This document shows positions 41,401 to 54,254 of a stretch of DNA of 64,000 bases, piece by piece (the first letter of the stretch is position 1; every line of letters starts with the position of its first letter). The notes beneath the pieces were generated by a model that was not told the DNA's origin, did not search any database, and was given only the letters and a program-made list of their open reading frames with translations. The stretch comes from Heterodontus francisci (taxonomy: Eukaryota): contig NW_027140645.1 in the NCBI RefSeq assembly GCF_036365525.1, positions 186,001 through 250,000 on the forward strand. The letters run 5' to 3'. The translations under genes and the position numbers were made by a program.

Positions 41401-42279
41401 GTCCCACACACACACACACACACACAGTGAGAGAGAGACAGGGTCCCACACACACAGTGAGAGAGAGACAGGGTCCCACACACACAGTGAGAGAGAGACA
41501 GGGACCCACACACACAGTGAGAGAGAGACAGGGTCCCACACACACAGCGAGAGGGAGACAGGGACCCCCACACACAGTGAGAGAGAGACAGGGACCCACA
41601 CACACAGTGAGAGAGAGACAGGGACCCACACACACAGTGAGAGAGAGACAGGGTCCCACACACACAGTGAGAGAGAGACAGGGACCCACACACACAGTGA
41701 GAGAGAGACAGGGACCCACACACACAGTGAGAGAGAGACAGGGTCCCACACACACAGTGAGAGACAGACAGGGACCCACACACACAGTGAGAGAGAGACA
41801 GGGTCCCACACACACAGTGAGAGAGAGACAGGGACCCACACACACAGTGAGAGAGAGACAGGGTCCCACACACACAGTGAGAGACAGACAGGGACCCACA
41901 CACACAGTGAGAGAGAGACAGGGTCCCACACACACAGTGAGAGAGAGACAGGGACCCACACACACAGCGAGAGGGAGACAGGGACCCACACACACAGTGA
42001 GAGAGAGACTGGGTCCCACACACACAGCGAGGGAGACAGGGACCCACACACACAGTGAGAGACAGACAGGGACCCACACACACAGTGAGAGACAGACAGG
42101 GACCCACACACACAGCGAGAGGGAGACTGGGTCCCACACACAGTGAGAGGGAGACAGGGACCCACACACACAGTGAGAGAGAGACAGGGTCCCACACACA
42201 CAGTGAGAGGGAGACAGGGACCCACACACACAGTGAGAGAGAGACAGGGACCCACACACACAGTGAGAGGGAGACAGGG

Positions 42280-42310
<31 letters not shown>

Positions 42311-44720
42311 GTGAGAGAGAGACAGGGACCCACACACACAGTGAGAGGGACACAGGGGCCCACACACACACACACACACACACACACAGTGAGAGAGAGA
42401 CAGGGACCCACACACACAGTGAGAGAGAGACAGGGTCCCACACACACAGTGAGAGGGACACAGGGGCCCACACACACACACACACACACAGTGAGAGAGA
42501 GACAGGGACCCACACACACAGCGAGAGGGAGACAGGGACCCACACACACAGTGAGAGAGAGACAGGGTCCCACACACACAGTGAGAGGGACACAGGGGCC
42601 CACACACACAGTGAGAGGGAGACAGGGACCCACACACACAGTGAGAGAGAGACAGGGACCCACACACACAGCGAGAGGGAGACAGGGACCCACACACACA
42701 GTGAGAGAGAGACAGGGACCCACACACACAGCGAGAGGGAGACAGGGACCCACACACACAGTGAGAGAGAGACTGGGTCCCACACACACAGTGAGAGACA
42801 GACAGGGACCCACACACACAGTGAGAGACAGACAGGGACCCACACACACAGTGAGAGACAGACAGGGACCCACACACACAGCGAGAGGGAGACAGGGACC
42901 CACACACACAGCGAGAGGGAGACAGGGACCCACACACACAGTGAGAGAGAGACAGGGTCCCACACACACAGTGAGAGACAGACAGGGACCCACACACACA
43001 GTGAGAGAGAGACAGGGACCCACACACACAGTGAGAGAGAGACAGGGTCCCACACACACAGTGAGAGACAGACAGGGACCCACACACACAGTGAGAGACA
43101 GACAGGGACCCACACACACAGTGAGAGAGAGACAGGGTCCCACACACACAGTGAGAGACAGACAGGGACCCACACACACAGTGAGAGAGAGACAGGGACC
43201 CACACACACAGTGAGAGACAGACAGGGACCCACACACACAGTGAGAGACAGACAGGGACCCACACACACAGCGAGAGGGAGACAGGGACCCACACACACA
43301 GTGAGAGACAGACAGGGACCCACACACACAGCGAGAGGGAGACAGGGACCCACACACACAGTGAGAGAGAGACAGGGTCCCACACACACAGTGAGAGACA
43401 GACAGGGACCCACACACACAGTGAGAGAGAGACAGGGACCCACACACACACAGCGAGAGGGAGACAGGGACCCACACACACAGTGAGGGAGACAGGGACC
43501 CACACACACAGTGAGGGAGACAGGGACCCACACACACAGTGAGAGAGAGACAGGGACCCCCACACACAGCGAGAGGGAGACAGGGACCCACACACACAGT
43601 GAGAGGGAGACAGGGACCCACACACACAGTGAGAGAGAGACAGGGACCCACACACACAGTGAGAGACAGACAGGGACCCACACACACAGTGAGAGAGAGA
43701 CAGGGACCCACACACACAGCGAGAGGGAGACAGGGACCCACACACACAGTGAGAGAGAGACAGGGTCCCACACACACAGCGAGAGGGAGACAGGGACCCA
43801 CACACACAGTGAGAGAGAGACTGGGACCCACACACACAGTGAGAGACAGACAGGGACCCACACACACAGTGAGAGGGAGACAGGGACCCACACACACAGC
43901 GAGAGGGAGACAGGGACCCACACACACAGTGAGAGACAGACAGGGACCCACACACACAGTGAGAGAGAGACAGGGACCCACACACACAGCGAGAGGGAGA
44001 CAGGGACCCACACACACAGTGAGAGAGAGACAGGGTCCCACACACACAGCGAGAGGGAGACAGGGACCCACACACACAGTGAGAGAGAGACTGGGACCCA
44101 CACACACAGTGAGAGACAGACAGGGACCCACACACACAGTGAGAGGGAGACAGGGACCCACACACACAGCGAGAGGGAGACAGGGACCCACACACACAGT
44201 GAGAGAGAGACAGGGTCCCACACACACAGCGAGAGGGAGACAGGGACCCACACACACAGTGAGAGAGAGACTGGGACCCACACACACAGCGAGAGGGAGA
44301 CAGGGACCCACACACACAGTGAGAGGGAGACAGGGACCCACACACACAGTGAGAGAGAGACAGGGTCCCACACACACAGTGAGAGACAGACAGGGACCCA
44401 CACACACAGTGAGAGACAGACAGGGACCCACACACACAGCGAGAGGGAGACAGGGACCCACACACACAGTGAGAGACAGACAGGGACCCACACACACAGT
44501 GAGAGAGAGACAGGGACCCACACACACACAGCGAGAGGGAGACAGGGACCCACACACACAGTGAGAGACAGACAGGGACCCACACACACAGCGAGAGGGA
44601 GACAGGGACCCACACACACAGCGAGAGGGAGACAGGGACCCACACACACAGTGAGAGACAGACAGGGACCCACACACACAGTGAGAGGGAGACAGGGACC
44701 CACACACACAGCGACAGACA
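32499..44720. repeat. ~12.2 kb minisatellite, 30-bp unit GTGAGAG(G/A)GAGACAGGG(A/T)CCCACACACACA, about 400 units
   Basis: Periodicity read directly (lines repeat every 30/60 nt); variant units differ in (CA)n or (GA)n length and in point changes. Confidence 0.98.
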
Positions 44721-46804
44721 TAAAAAGTCAGAGACGCGAGAATAATAAAGACAATACAGCTGCTATGTTGTGTTACGGGAAAACAATATATTAATAAACA
44801 AGAGCTTAATACTATTCAGTGTAATAAGGAAGTTGTTTGAGAGCGTAAAATTTAATCTGATAAGTATTTGACAAACTACGGTAAATAGAATGCCTGTGAA
44901 TTGGATTCTTTCTTCTGATTCTGTGCTCTGTGATATAATTGTATACATTAAATGACATTAATTGTGTTTGTGTGAAGGGGTTCTGTTTGGTGTAAGTTTG
45001 TACAAACTGGGAGACAATCGAGACAGTCGTTTCTCAGGAACATAAAAACTAACTAGGGTGTACAAACTATTTAAGGAAGTATTTTAATATAGCAGGTTAT
45101 ATAATATAGAGGTTTATGATTACTATTGGGGTATATATGAAATATTTTGTACATCTTTAAGGTACAAAATATTTAAGGGAATATAATATTTCAGGATATA
45201 TCAATTTCTCTTCAATACTTAATCATATTAAATATTATGTGCTAATGATCCTTTGTTCTCTGCCTTTTATTAAGTGTATTTTCTGCTCCTATTAATAAAT
45301 TTCAAGTCGTTATTTTTGAGTTTAACAATGAATGTTCCACCACAGGATATTCGACTACATGTGACATCTCAGCCAAGCTTGATCTGCCTTTGCTCAATAT
45401 TCATTTGTCTTCAGCAGAGACAGATGGTTAGAAATCAGAAGTGGCTAATTTCCCCTCTTTTCCCCTGCCCTGCCCTGCAGGATGATCTAGTGCTCAATAA
45501 TATGGTTAGCTATTCAGTTTAATGGAACATCTCCATTGAAACCAACTTTCCTGGAATACAGAAATGATGCAATGTTTTATTTTTAATTTGCTTCAAATCA
45601 AAGTTTGGTGTTTTCTTTCAATCCTCAGTCTGTGTCTTCAAACGTACACTTTTACATTACCCTCCACTTCTTTCCTTTCCTCTACTGAAGTCCCCCACAT
45701 TCCCTCTGGCCACAGCTCTGTGCACAGATCTCCGTTTTAGAGCTATGTGTTAGAGTTACATATTAGTTGTTGATATATCAGCTTTTACATAAGAGTTGAG
45801 GGATGGATTTCTTGACCTAATGCAAACTGAAAGGCAGGATTAACTGCCTGGCAGATACATAGGAACAGGAGGAGGCTATTCAGCCCCTTGAGCCCATTCC
45901 AACATTCAATTAGATCATGGCTAAACTGCATCTTAACTCCATCTTACCGCTTTGGCTTCATAAGCTTTAATCTCCTTGCCTAACAAAAAATATAACCACC
46001 TCAAGTTTGAAATTTTCAATTGACCTCCAGCCTCAACAGCTTTTGTAGAGTTTTGATATATCAGTGGCTTGGCCAGTAAAGTGAGAATGAGATCTCCTAT
46101 AGGAGCAGGTAAGTAATAGGGTAGTCAGTGTGTCTGTGCACAGCAATGTAGAAATGGGTTGCCTAATATAAGAACACAGACCATGATGTTGGCTGGGACT
46201 TGAACAACACATCTGCTAAGAGAATGGTGGGATATGGAAAAAGGGAAACACGAGTGTCTCGATGACAGCCTGACTTGGGATTGCACTCAGTATAGCAGGG
46301 AAAGGTCTAATTCGAGCAGATCTGCACCAGAGCTTTCCAATGTGATTGATATAAAACCCAAGCCCAAGTCCTCCCCCATTCTGTAATGGGTTTCACTTCC
46401 ATTCCACTTGTGCACTGGCTTTACTAAGATCCCATTGGGTGGGACCTCAGGTTGAAAACAGGATTAAATAGTCACACTCTTTGGCCATGACTTCAAATTG
46501 TCCCCATCCAATACACACACACCAACTTATCATGTCTATTTTCAACTCAGCTTTGGCCAACAAGATAACCAGGAAAAGGCCAATCATACAACAGTGAGCT
46601 TTAGTGAAGATGTTCAAAGTGATTTACCAAAAATAAGGGTAACGCTTCCCTTCATCTGATATTTTGTGCATTTTATTCCATTACTGGAATATTTAATTTA
46701 TTGAAAAGACATTCATTATCTTCCAGAGTGATTGTTTTAGGCATTGGATTGCAAGTGATCCTCATTGCATCCTTCCACTGGTACATGCCAAGTTTAAAGT
46801 GAAA

Positions 46805-47123
46805 TGGGTGGCACAGTGGCGCAGTGGTTAGCACCGCAGCCTCATAGCTCCAGGGACCTGGGTTCGATTCTGGGTACTGCCTGTGTGGAGTTTGCAAGTT
46901 CTCCCTGTGACCGTGTGGGTTTTCGCCGGGTGCTCCGGTTTCCTCCCACAGCCAAAGACTTGCAGGTGATAGGTAAATTGGCCATTGTAAATTGCCCCTA
47001 GTGTAGGTAGGTGATAGGGAATAAGGGATTACTGTAGGGTTAGTATAAATGGGTGGTTGTTGGTCGGCACAGACTTGGTGGGCCGAAGGGCCTGTTTCAG
47101 TGCTGTATCTCTAAATAAATAAA
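46805..47123 (+). mobile_element. HE1/V-SINE-like tRNA-derived SINE, full length
   Basis: Pol III A box (tggcgcagtgg) and B box (ggttcgattc); core ccggtttcctcccaca...; CR1-type tail; (TAAA)n end. Confidence 0.88.
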
Positions 47124-47204
47124 TGTCTGTTAATATGTATTTTTTAAAGCTCTATATCTGTCATTATTATAAACAGTTGAGGTGCTGGCAAAGTAGATCT
47201 TGAA

Positions 47205-47652
47205 TGTCAGTCTTCGTTCACCTTGGAGTCAGAAGGTCTTGGGTTAAAGCCCCATTTCAGAGACTTGAGCCTGATAAGCCAGGCTGACACCCCAGAGCAG
47301 TACTGAGCGAGTGCTGCACTGTTGGAGGTGCCATCTTTTGGACAAGCTGTTAAACCAAGGCCCTGTCCGCCCTCTTAGGTGGATGTAAAAGATCCCATGG
47401 CACAATTTTTGAAGAGCAGGGGAATTCTCCCCAGTGTCCTGGCCAATATTTATCCCTCAACCAACAGTATCAAAACAGATTATCTGCTCATTATCACACT
47501 GCTGTTAGTGGGATCTTGCTGTGTGTAAATTGGCTGAAGCATTTCCTACATTGCAACAGTGACTACACTTCAAAAAGTACTTCATTGGCTTTACAGCGCT
47601 TTGGGACGTCCTGAAGTCATGAAATAAGCTGTAAAAATGCAAGTTCTTTCTT
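47205..47652 (+). mobile_element. SacSINE1/DeuSINE-like SINE
   Basis: gagtcagaaggtcttggg...aaatgcaagttctttc; same family as above. Confidence 0.75.
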
Positions 47653-50600
47653 TATTTTGTTGCCACAGTAACATCCTCCCATTAATGGAACAAAACATAG
47701 CATTTCTTCCTTGTTAAAGATGCAGAGAGGTTTGGTGATTAAAGTACTAGTGTAGGTTCTCGAATCTTTCATTCTAATAGGACGTGTCTTGTGTTCCAGG
47801 TCTAAAACACATGTGCATCTCCAAGAGTGAGGACAGTGCCTTACCAGCAGAATCCCAGAGCAGATCCTCTTGTGATGAGTAAGCCCCCACTCTGGACAGC
47901 AGGCTGGCTGGAGACAGCATCGAAGCACAGGGTAGGACAGAGATAAGAACAGTAATTGCACTGAACATTGTAGGCTGAAAGGCGATGGTATGTGATGTTA
48001 GTTTTAGTCTGCTGCTTCTGGCCCACAAGAAAATCTGCCAAGAATTGCTTTTCTCGGCCTCCTCTGGGCCTGGATGTGTCCAATTTACCCAGGAGCAATC
48101 TCCATGGTGTGTGTAACTTGCACAGCTTGGGGTTAAAATAGCTTCCAGGCTCAAATGATGTTACCAGATCCCAACTTTTGAATATTTGAGGCCCCTGCCT
48201 TCCAGGGGTGAGAATCACAGACATTGCCTGAAACATGCTGGTTAAAATGGGGGTGGAGCACAAGTGCTATGTAAACAATGATCATCTCAACCCACCCGCC
48301 CACTCTCTCCATCTCAATCTCTGCATCCTAATCCACCCACCCACACACCTTAGTCAACCCCCAAACATTCCAGTCAATCGCCCAACATAACACCAGCCAA
48401 CCCAATTAAACTAAATTCCCCAAGAAAATTTGTCGGTTCATGTTGGACCCAGGAAAGTATTTACTTGGTCACTTGAATTTCCATCTGCACGAGTTTTGCT
48501 TTATACACCAATTGCCAGACCTGTAACTGAGTCACTGTGTGGAAGCATCATGCGTTGTTCTTTATCAGATATGGAGAAGGCTCCGAGCTTCCCAGAGGAC
48601 ACAGCAGCTTTCGTAAATGATATTTTTAAAAATTCATTCATGGGATGTGGGTGTCGCTGGCAAGGTCAGCATTTGTTGCCCATCCCTAACTGCCCTTGAC
48701 AACTGAGTGACTTGCTAGACCATTTCAGAGGGCAGTGAAGAGTCACATTCAACAGACAGTCCCAAAAAATCAAATATGATCCAAAACCTCATAGATTCAA
48801 CTGTCAGGGACTCATCTGGATAATGTGGAGTGTCTGTATCATGTGGCTCCCCACTATAAAATGTTACGGGTAAGCATGGCAGTGATGGTGTTCTCTCTGC
48901 TCATTGTATAAGTGAAGGATGTTATCGATTTGGTTAGCCAGGTACCTGACATGCATCAAATTTCATCACTGCACTCGAGGCTTCAAACCAAGCTCGGGAG
49001 AAATCTACACCAGCTGCATTTCTGTTTGCCCGATGTAGAATGCACACTCTTTCCTCACAGAAACACATTGCTTACCTACAGCCAACTTAGATACAGGTTG
49101 GCAGAGCTAAGGATTAGAGACCCGCAAGTCTGTTCTGGGGTATTGCTGGAATTTGACCATCTCACAGTGCACAATTTACCAGCCATCGAGTAGTAGTAGA
49201 CCTCCAGCTACTTGTTCAGCTAAGACAATCATACATTTCATGTCAATTTTCTTGCAAGGTCATCTGGGCCTGAGCGGACAGAATCCCAGTTCCCAATAAC
49301 GACTCTACCCCTCCAGGCACCATCACTGAGCCAGGCAGACTGGTCAGTCACTGGTGTCCTGGGATTCTGCGGACCTGCCTGGCTGAGCTTAACGATCGGA
49401 TCACTGTGTCTACCATGGTGGGTCATCTTGGTGCCAAACAGCAGGCACGGCATCTTTGGAGCCACTTCAATCTCAATGTGATCATACTTGTCCCCCAGCT
49501 CTAAGCACCAGGAAAATAGTCAACGATTAGTCAGTAACTAGTAGAAATGGTGCTGCCTCCGCGTTTGGTTCCTGTACTGCATCCATTGAGACAGCAGAGG
49601 GTTGTGGATGCTCCATCATTTAATACTTTTAAAGCTGGGATAGACAGATTTTTGGTCTCTCAGGGAATCAAGGGAAATGACGAGTGGGCGGGTAAGTGAA
49701 GTTGAATCCTAAAATCAGCCATGATCGTTTTGAATGGCGGAGCAGGCTCAATGGCCATATGGTCTATTTCTGCTCCTACTTCTCGTGTTTATAGCCCAAA
49801 AATACTGCTTTTTTTGAATTACAATTACTGTGGTTTGAGGACACCAAAGATGATGAAACAGAGGATGGAATGAGTTCTCAATTGGACACTGCAGCTGGCC
49901 TTTTTATCACAGCAACAATTCTATCTGAGAAACTCTGGTTACTTCCAGTATCCAAGGCACTGCTACCCTGGGAGCACTAAAATGACACAGCACAATAACC
50001 CGATAATATAAACTACTATCCTCAAACAAGTCCCTGTGTAGAGAAGTGTCTCCTAACCTCTCCACCAATGATAATTTTAAGTTGATGATCTTTTGCTACT
50101 AACTCCCCAACAAGAGGAAAGAATCCTTCCCTATCGAAACCATTAATAATTTGCCACTAAATCTCTTGGCTTAAGCTACACCACCAGGAACTGTCCCAGT
50201 ATCTTGGGCCTCTCTTTTAAAAGGAAGAAGTTTAGGTTTGTTTGTGACATTTGGATATTTGGCAAACTAACCCAGCCTACTGCAGTTGAGGACACGGAGT
50301 TGGGGCCAGTTACATATCAGTCATTGAATAGTGAAATAGGAACACATGGAATTATCCAGAATGCAAACCCCGCGTTTAAGAGCAATGAGTTGTGTTGGGT
50401 TTTTGCAGGCAGGAGGAATTTAAAGAAACCTAGGACTGGACTATTTCAACCTAATAAATGGAGATCCTGCAATGGAAAGACTCAAATCTCACCTGTTAAC
50501 TGGCTGTGTCTGATTTACTCATGAAATAAAAGTTTGTTCTGGCTCAAGCCTTGTTCATTCTAGAGATCTGTACAATGGAGCCAGAGAATAGAGTGAGCTG

Positions 50601-51087
50601 TACTTAGCCAGGGAACAGCCCTCTTGGGCTCCTCCACTTCCAAAGCTGAAGAAACTAATAGCTGTACAAATAACTTCTGTGACCCCTACGAAAACATAAC
50701 CCATTTCAATGTTCTTCATTCCTCCATTGAGAGATTCATTCATTTTGACCTAAAGCTCCCACTTTGAAGTGGTTAAAATAATTAACATGACTGAAATCCA
50801 GTCATGTCATTGTACTTTAAGAGATCTGAAACCATTTTTAATTTCCACTGTCCACAGTGTGAATTACTTTTATAAAATGTGGTCAGTACTAAATGAGAGG
50901 CTTTCAAACTGGACCATCGATCCAGCAAATTAGCTCCCCTTGCTCAGAACCAATTATCTTAATAGATTGTGAAGAGATACTGTACTCATGCTAAAGGGGT
51001 GCTTTATCCTAATGGGAGTTACCTATACTCCAGGGACATGGGGTTTCATAAAGGATAGAAAACGTCACAATGATTAAAGTGCATTTG

Positions 51088-51093
51088 TTTATT
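51088..51093 (-). promoter_or_regulatory. Probable SLX4 polyadenylation signal (3' UTR about 1.1 kb)
   Basis: TTTATT on + = AATAAA on -, at the end of an AT-rich, repeat-free stretch downstream of the SLX4 stop. Confidence 0.5.
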
Positions 51094-52175
51094 TTTTTTT
51101 AAAAACAAGCAGTTACAATTCTGCCAAAATAACATCGACACTTAATTATCAAGACAATTTACCAGCATTAAATGCAGCTCTTGGTCCACTGTTAACTGCA
51201 GATATTGGACACCAGAGCTTTTCAGTAATTCCACACACAACACGCAAAATGTATTAACATTCTGGATAAAAGTCTATCCGTTTCAGCTCTTGGTGAACAA
51301 GACTGCCATTAATTATCAAAACACCTTACTTCCTTATTACAGGTACAACAGGAAACTAGTGTAACTGATACTGCATCCTCGCATCCAACTGACAAAACAT
51401 CCATTCTAGTTTTTTTTTTCAATTATATGTATGCAAAGTTTAGAACAGTTTCTTGTACAATTATATACAAATATTTGGTTATTTTGAATTAAACTGCCAA
51501 GCCTTGGGGGTGGGGAGAGGAGCTAAATACAAGGGGGTAAAGTTTTTTGATTAACTTGCTTGGTTCCAATGAAGACCCTTTCTTCCCCCATTTACTTCAG
51601 GGTAAGTTGCTTACGATTCCTTGCTATGCTCCTACCCGAGCCGGGAGTAATGCTAAAACAGTCACCAGCCAGCAGAATTGAGAAGTGGGAGACCCACATC
51701 ACCGATAGAGAAACTGCCAGCATGTACTACGAACAATAACAATGACATACAACAATAGTGTCACTCTTGCATTTAATCAATTTTCGTTTGTTTTTCAATG
51801 CAATTTAAACTGTAAAGTACAGACTGTTGACTAGAATTTGGCTGAAAGTAAGTCAATTTTCATTTAAGATCACACCTTTGTGTGAAATGGTGACAAATCT
51901 CATTACAACAGTGCTGGCTTTCTAGATGGTCATGAGGTAGGGCTACAATTACTGAAATATTCTACAAGAGGTACCCCATTTCCTTGTAGCAGAGCAGTTA
52001 AAACTGATGTGCCTAAAGCTCCTGAATTAAAATGCAACGTGATACTAAAGTGTTCTTGCCTGAATGTATAATCACAGTGACATTGTAAGATGTTTGCAAA
52101 CCAGATGGAGATTACAGTAGCATGTTTACTGCTACTATGGTAGAAGAGGAATGTTTTCCTCTGCAGTAGCAGCAC

Positions 52176-52545
52176 TTACCTCTTTCCACGACACTGACTC
52201 GGCTTTCCCTTACGTTGTTTATCAGTGCCCTGCTTTCTCCGTTTCAACATCTCCTTCCTTGCTCTAGCTGTAGTAAAGGTGATACAGTGAGAATCCAGAA
52301 AATCCAGCAATTTCCCTTTGGAAACCTTTATCCCATTTTCCTTAAGTTGCTGGTGGAAGTCTGACAGTTCAAAGGGCTTGTACTGCAGGATTTTACTGTA
52401 CAGAGATGGGTTTGACCGAATGTACTGTTGGATGGCCTCAGCTGTATCTGCTTCGCGGATTACTGCCTGTGATGGAGTGATTCCATCATCCTCTTCGTCA
52501 CCCGAATCTGTTGTAAAGACATTGTCAAATTCATCGGCTGCCAGC
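52176..52545 (-). CDS. SLX4: SLX4 last coding exon (SLX1-binding domain)
   Basis: tttcag|G CTG...TAA; AIQQYIRSNPSLYSKILQYKPFELSDFHQQLKENGIKVSKGKLLDFLDSHCITFTT...GKR*; the 8 exons sum to 4128 nt in frame. Confidence 0.94.
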
Positions 52546-53508
52546 CTGAAAGAGGGAGAAAGACGTATAGCATTTATTCATGCAATCCAGGTAAGCAGTT
52601 TGTCATTGTGAACAAAGATATCTACCTAAACTGATTGACACTGTGACCTGCAGAGAGTTCCAAGGGCCCTTGTTGACTGATGTGAATTAGTAATGGGAAA
52701 GAGGTAATGCATGGTTTGATGTGAAGCAGGATGGCAAATTCAACCAAGGGCAGAATTTCCACATTTTGAAAGCAAACTTCCTGCATCTTGTTTCACAACT
52801 GCAGTTATAATGATAGGAGAGAGTGTTAGGGCAGGTGTTCAAGATATTTTGTGCTTCTAGTAGGATCTTAGTTCTTCAGAAACATTGCATTTTCTTCAAG
52901 TCATAACAGCAAGTCCTCATAACCAACAGGAAGAATCACCAAGGGCAATGTTCCTTTACAACCTTATTATGCTTCTGACCCAATGTGGGGGGGAGGCGGG
53001 TGACGAGAGAGCTGGGGGCGGGGGGGGGGGGAGGGGGGGAGCTGTGGGGGGTGGCGAGGAACCCCATTTTCCGGTGTAAAATGAGTAATTAGGTTATTGA
53101 AATCTGGCTGGGATCTCCCGCACTCTACCAAATAGCTAAACTCACTTCTTCATACCACAAAAAAGTCCGATTAAGTAGTTCCCTTAGTGGGCAAGGGTAT
53201 ATGTTAGAGGCACCTGCAGACAAAACAGATCTACAGGAAAATAAGTGTTCAATAGAAAGCTCTGAACAGCATTGTTCAGTAAAGTATGAGGATGGGTCCA
53301 CGTGGTGTGACAAACAAATACACCTTTTTGAGTTAACTCAAAAGATGGCGGTCAAATAACTCCATTTTCTTTCTTTCATCATCCTGATTTTTTTTTTAAA
53401 CCATTTGTCACTTTTAAGTTAATTGATTTATATGAGGTGGTTAGACTTTTCCTTTCATTCAGTCACTTTATTCCTTTCGGTGCACGCACTCAGATTTAAC
53501 TGACTCAC

Positions 53509-53967
53509 CTTTGTAATCCAAAGGAATCCTCACTCCCTGCTGAAGAGGAACTTTGAGATGACGATAACTGATTGGCCACATCAGAAGTAACAGCCTTCAC
53601 CAGTGACTTTGCTTTTGGCCTGTGCGATTCAAGAACACGGCTTTTGTCTTTTCTCTTAGAGTTGGTATTGAGATGACCTGTCGAGGCTGGTTTGCTGGTT
53701 TCTGCGGAAACAGACTTTGACTGTTTTTTGGAGTGGGGTTTTAGCCGTTTCATTCTTGATGAAGCAGGCTGTGACTGGTTTATACTGCCCGCCCTAGCTT
53801 TGCTCAGTAGAACTGGGGCTGGTTTCCAAATGCAAGGCTGTGAAGATGATACTTCCTGCTGTTTGCACTGGGAGTCAGAATCAGGCTGAATGACTCGATG
53901 GGTATACTGATAAATCTCTTTCAATTTCAGAATCATTTTCTGCTTTGGCAGAGGTCGAACACCAAAC
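53509..53967 (-). CDS. SLX4: SLX4 coding exon (SAP motif end plus linker)
   Basis: ttccag|G TTT...AG|gtgagt; FGVRPLPKQKMILKLKEIYQYTH...SSQSSSSAGSEDSFGLQ. Confidence 0.94.
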
Positions 53968-54254
53968 CTGGAACAAAACAAATGAACTAGTCCAGACAGA
54001 AAAAAAATTTCAGACTATAATATTGAGCATATTATACTGTAGCCCTGATTCCCCAACTCTGCAACTTAGACCTCATCAACTCACCCACAAGGTACAAATG
54101 AGAACCAATTCTGCGTAATAATAAAAGCATAGCACCATTCGGATGATGCTTCTAAGGTGAATTTGGATTTAAAAGGTGCTGCGTCATCATTTCAGGGAAG
54201 TGATACCTTCAGTAAGTGGAAGATACTTTTGCCAAAAATGAAACTCTGATACTT

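Noticed and set aside
32499-44720. CRISPR-like array
   Set aside because: Head-to-tail repeats without unique spacers, no cas genes, vertebrate context
32405-44794. 3800-4100 aa minus-strand ORFs and many plus-strand RGRQGPTHTV / HSERETGTHT ORFs as protein genes
   Set aside because: All are translations of the 30-bp minisatellite. All three minus frames are open at once, 2-bp unit indels switch frames freely, and the starts are GTG/TTG or arbitrary.
46805-46880. tRNA gene
   Set aside because: A/B boxes belong to the SINE head and continue into a SINE body present in three copies
53010-53055. G-run (and C-run at 15822-15850) as a functional G-quadruplex
   Set aside because: Simple homopolymer tracts in introns with no further support; lengths are also error-prone
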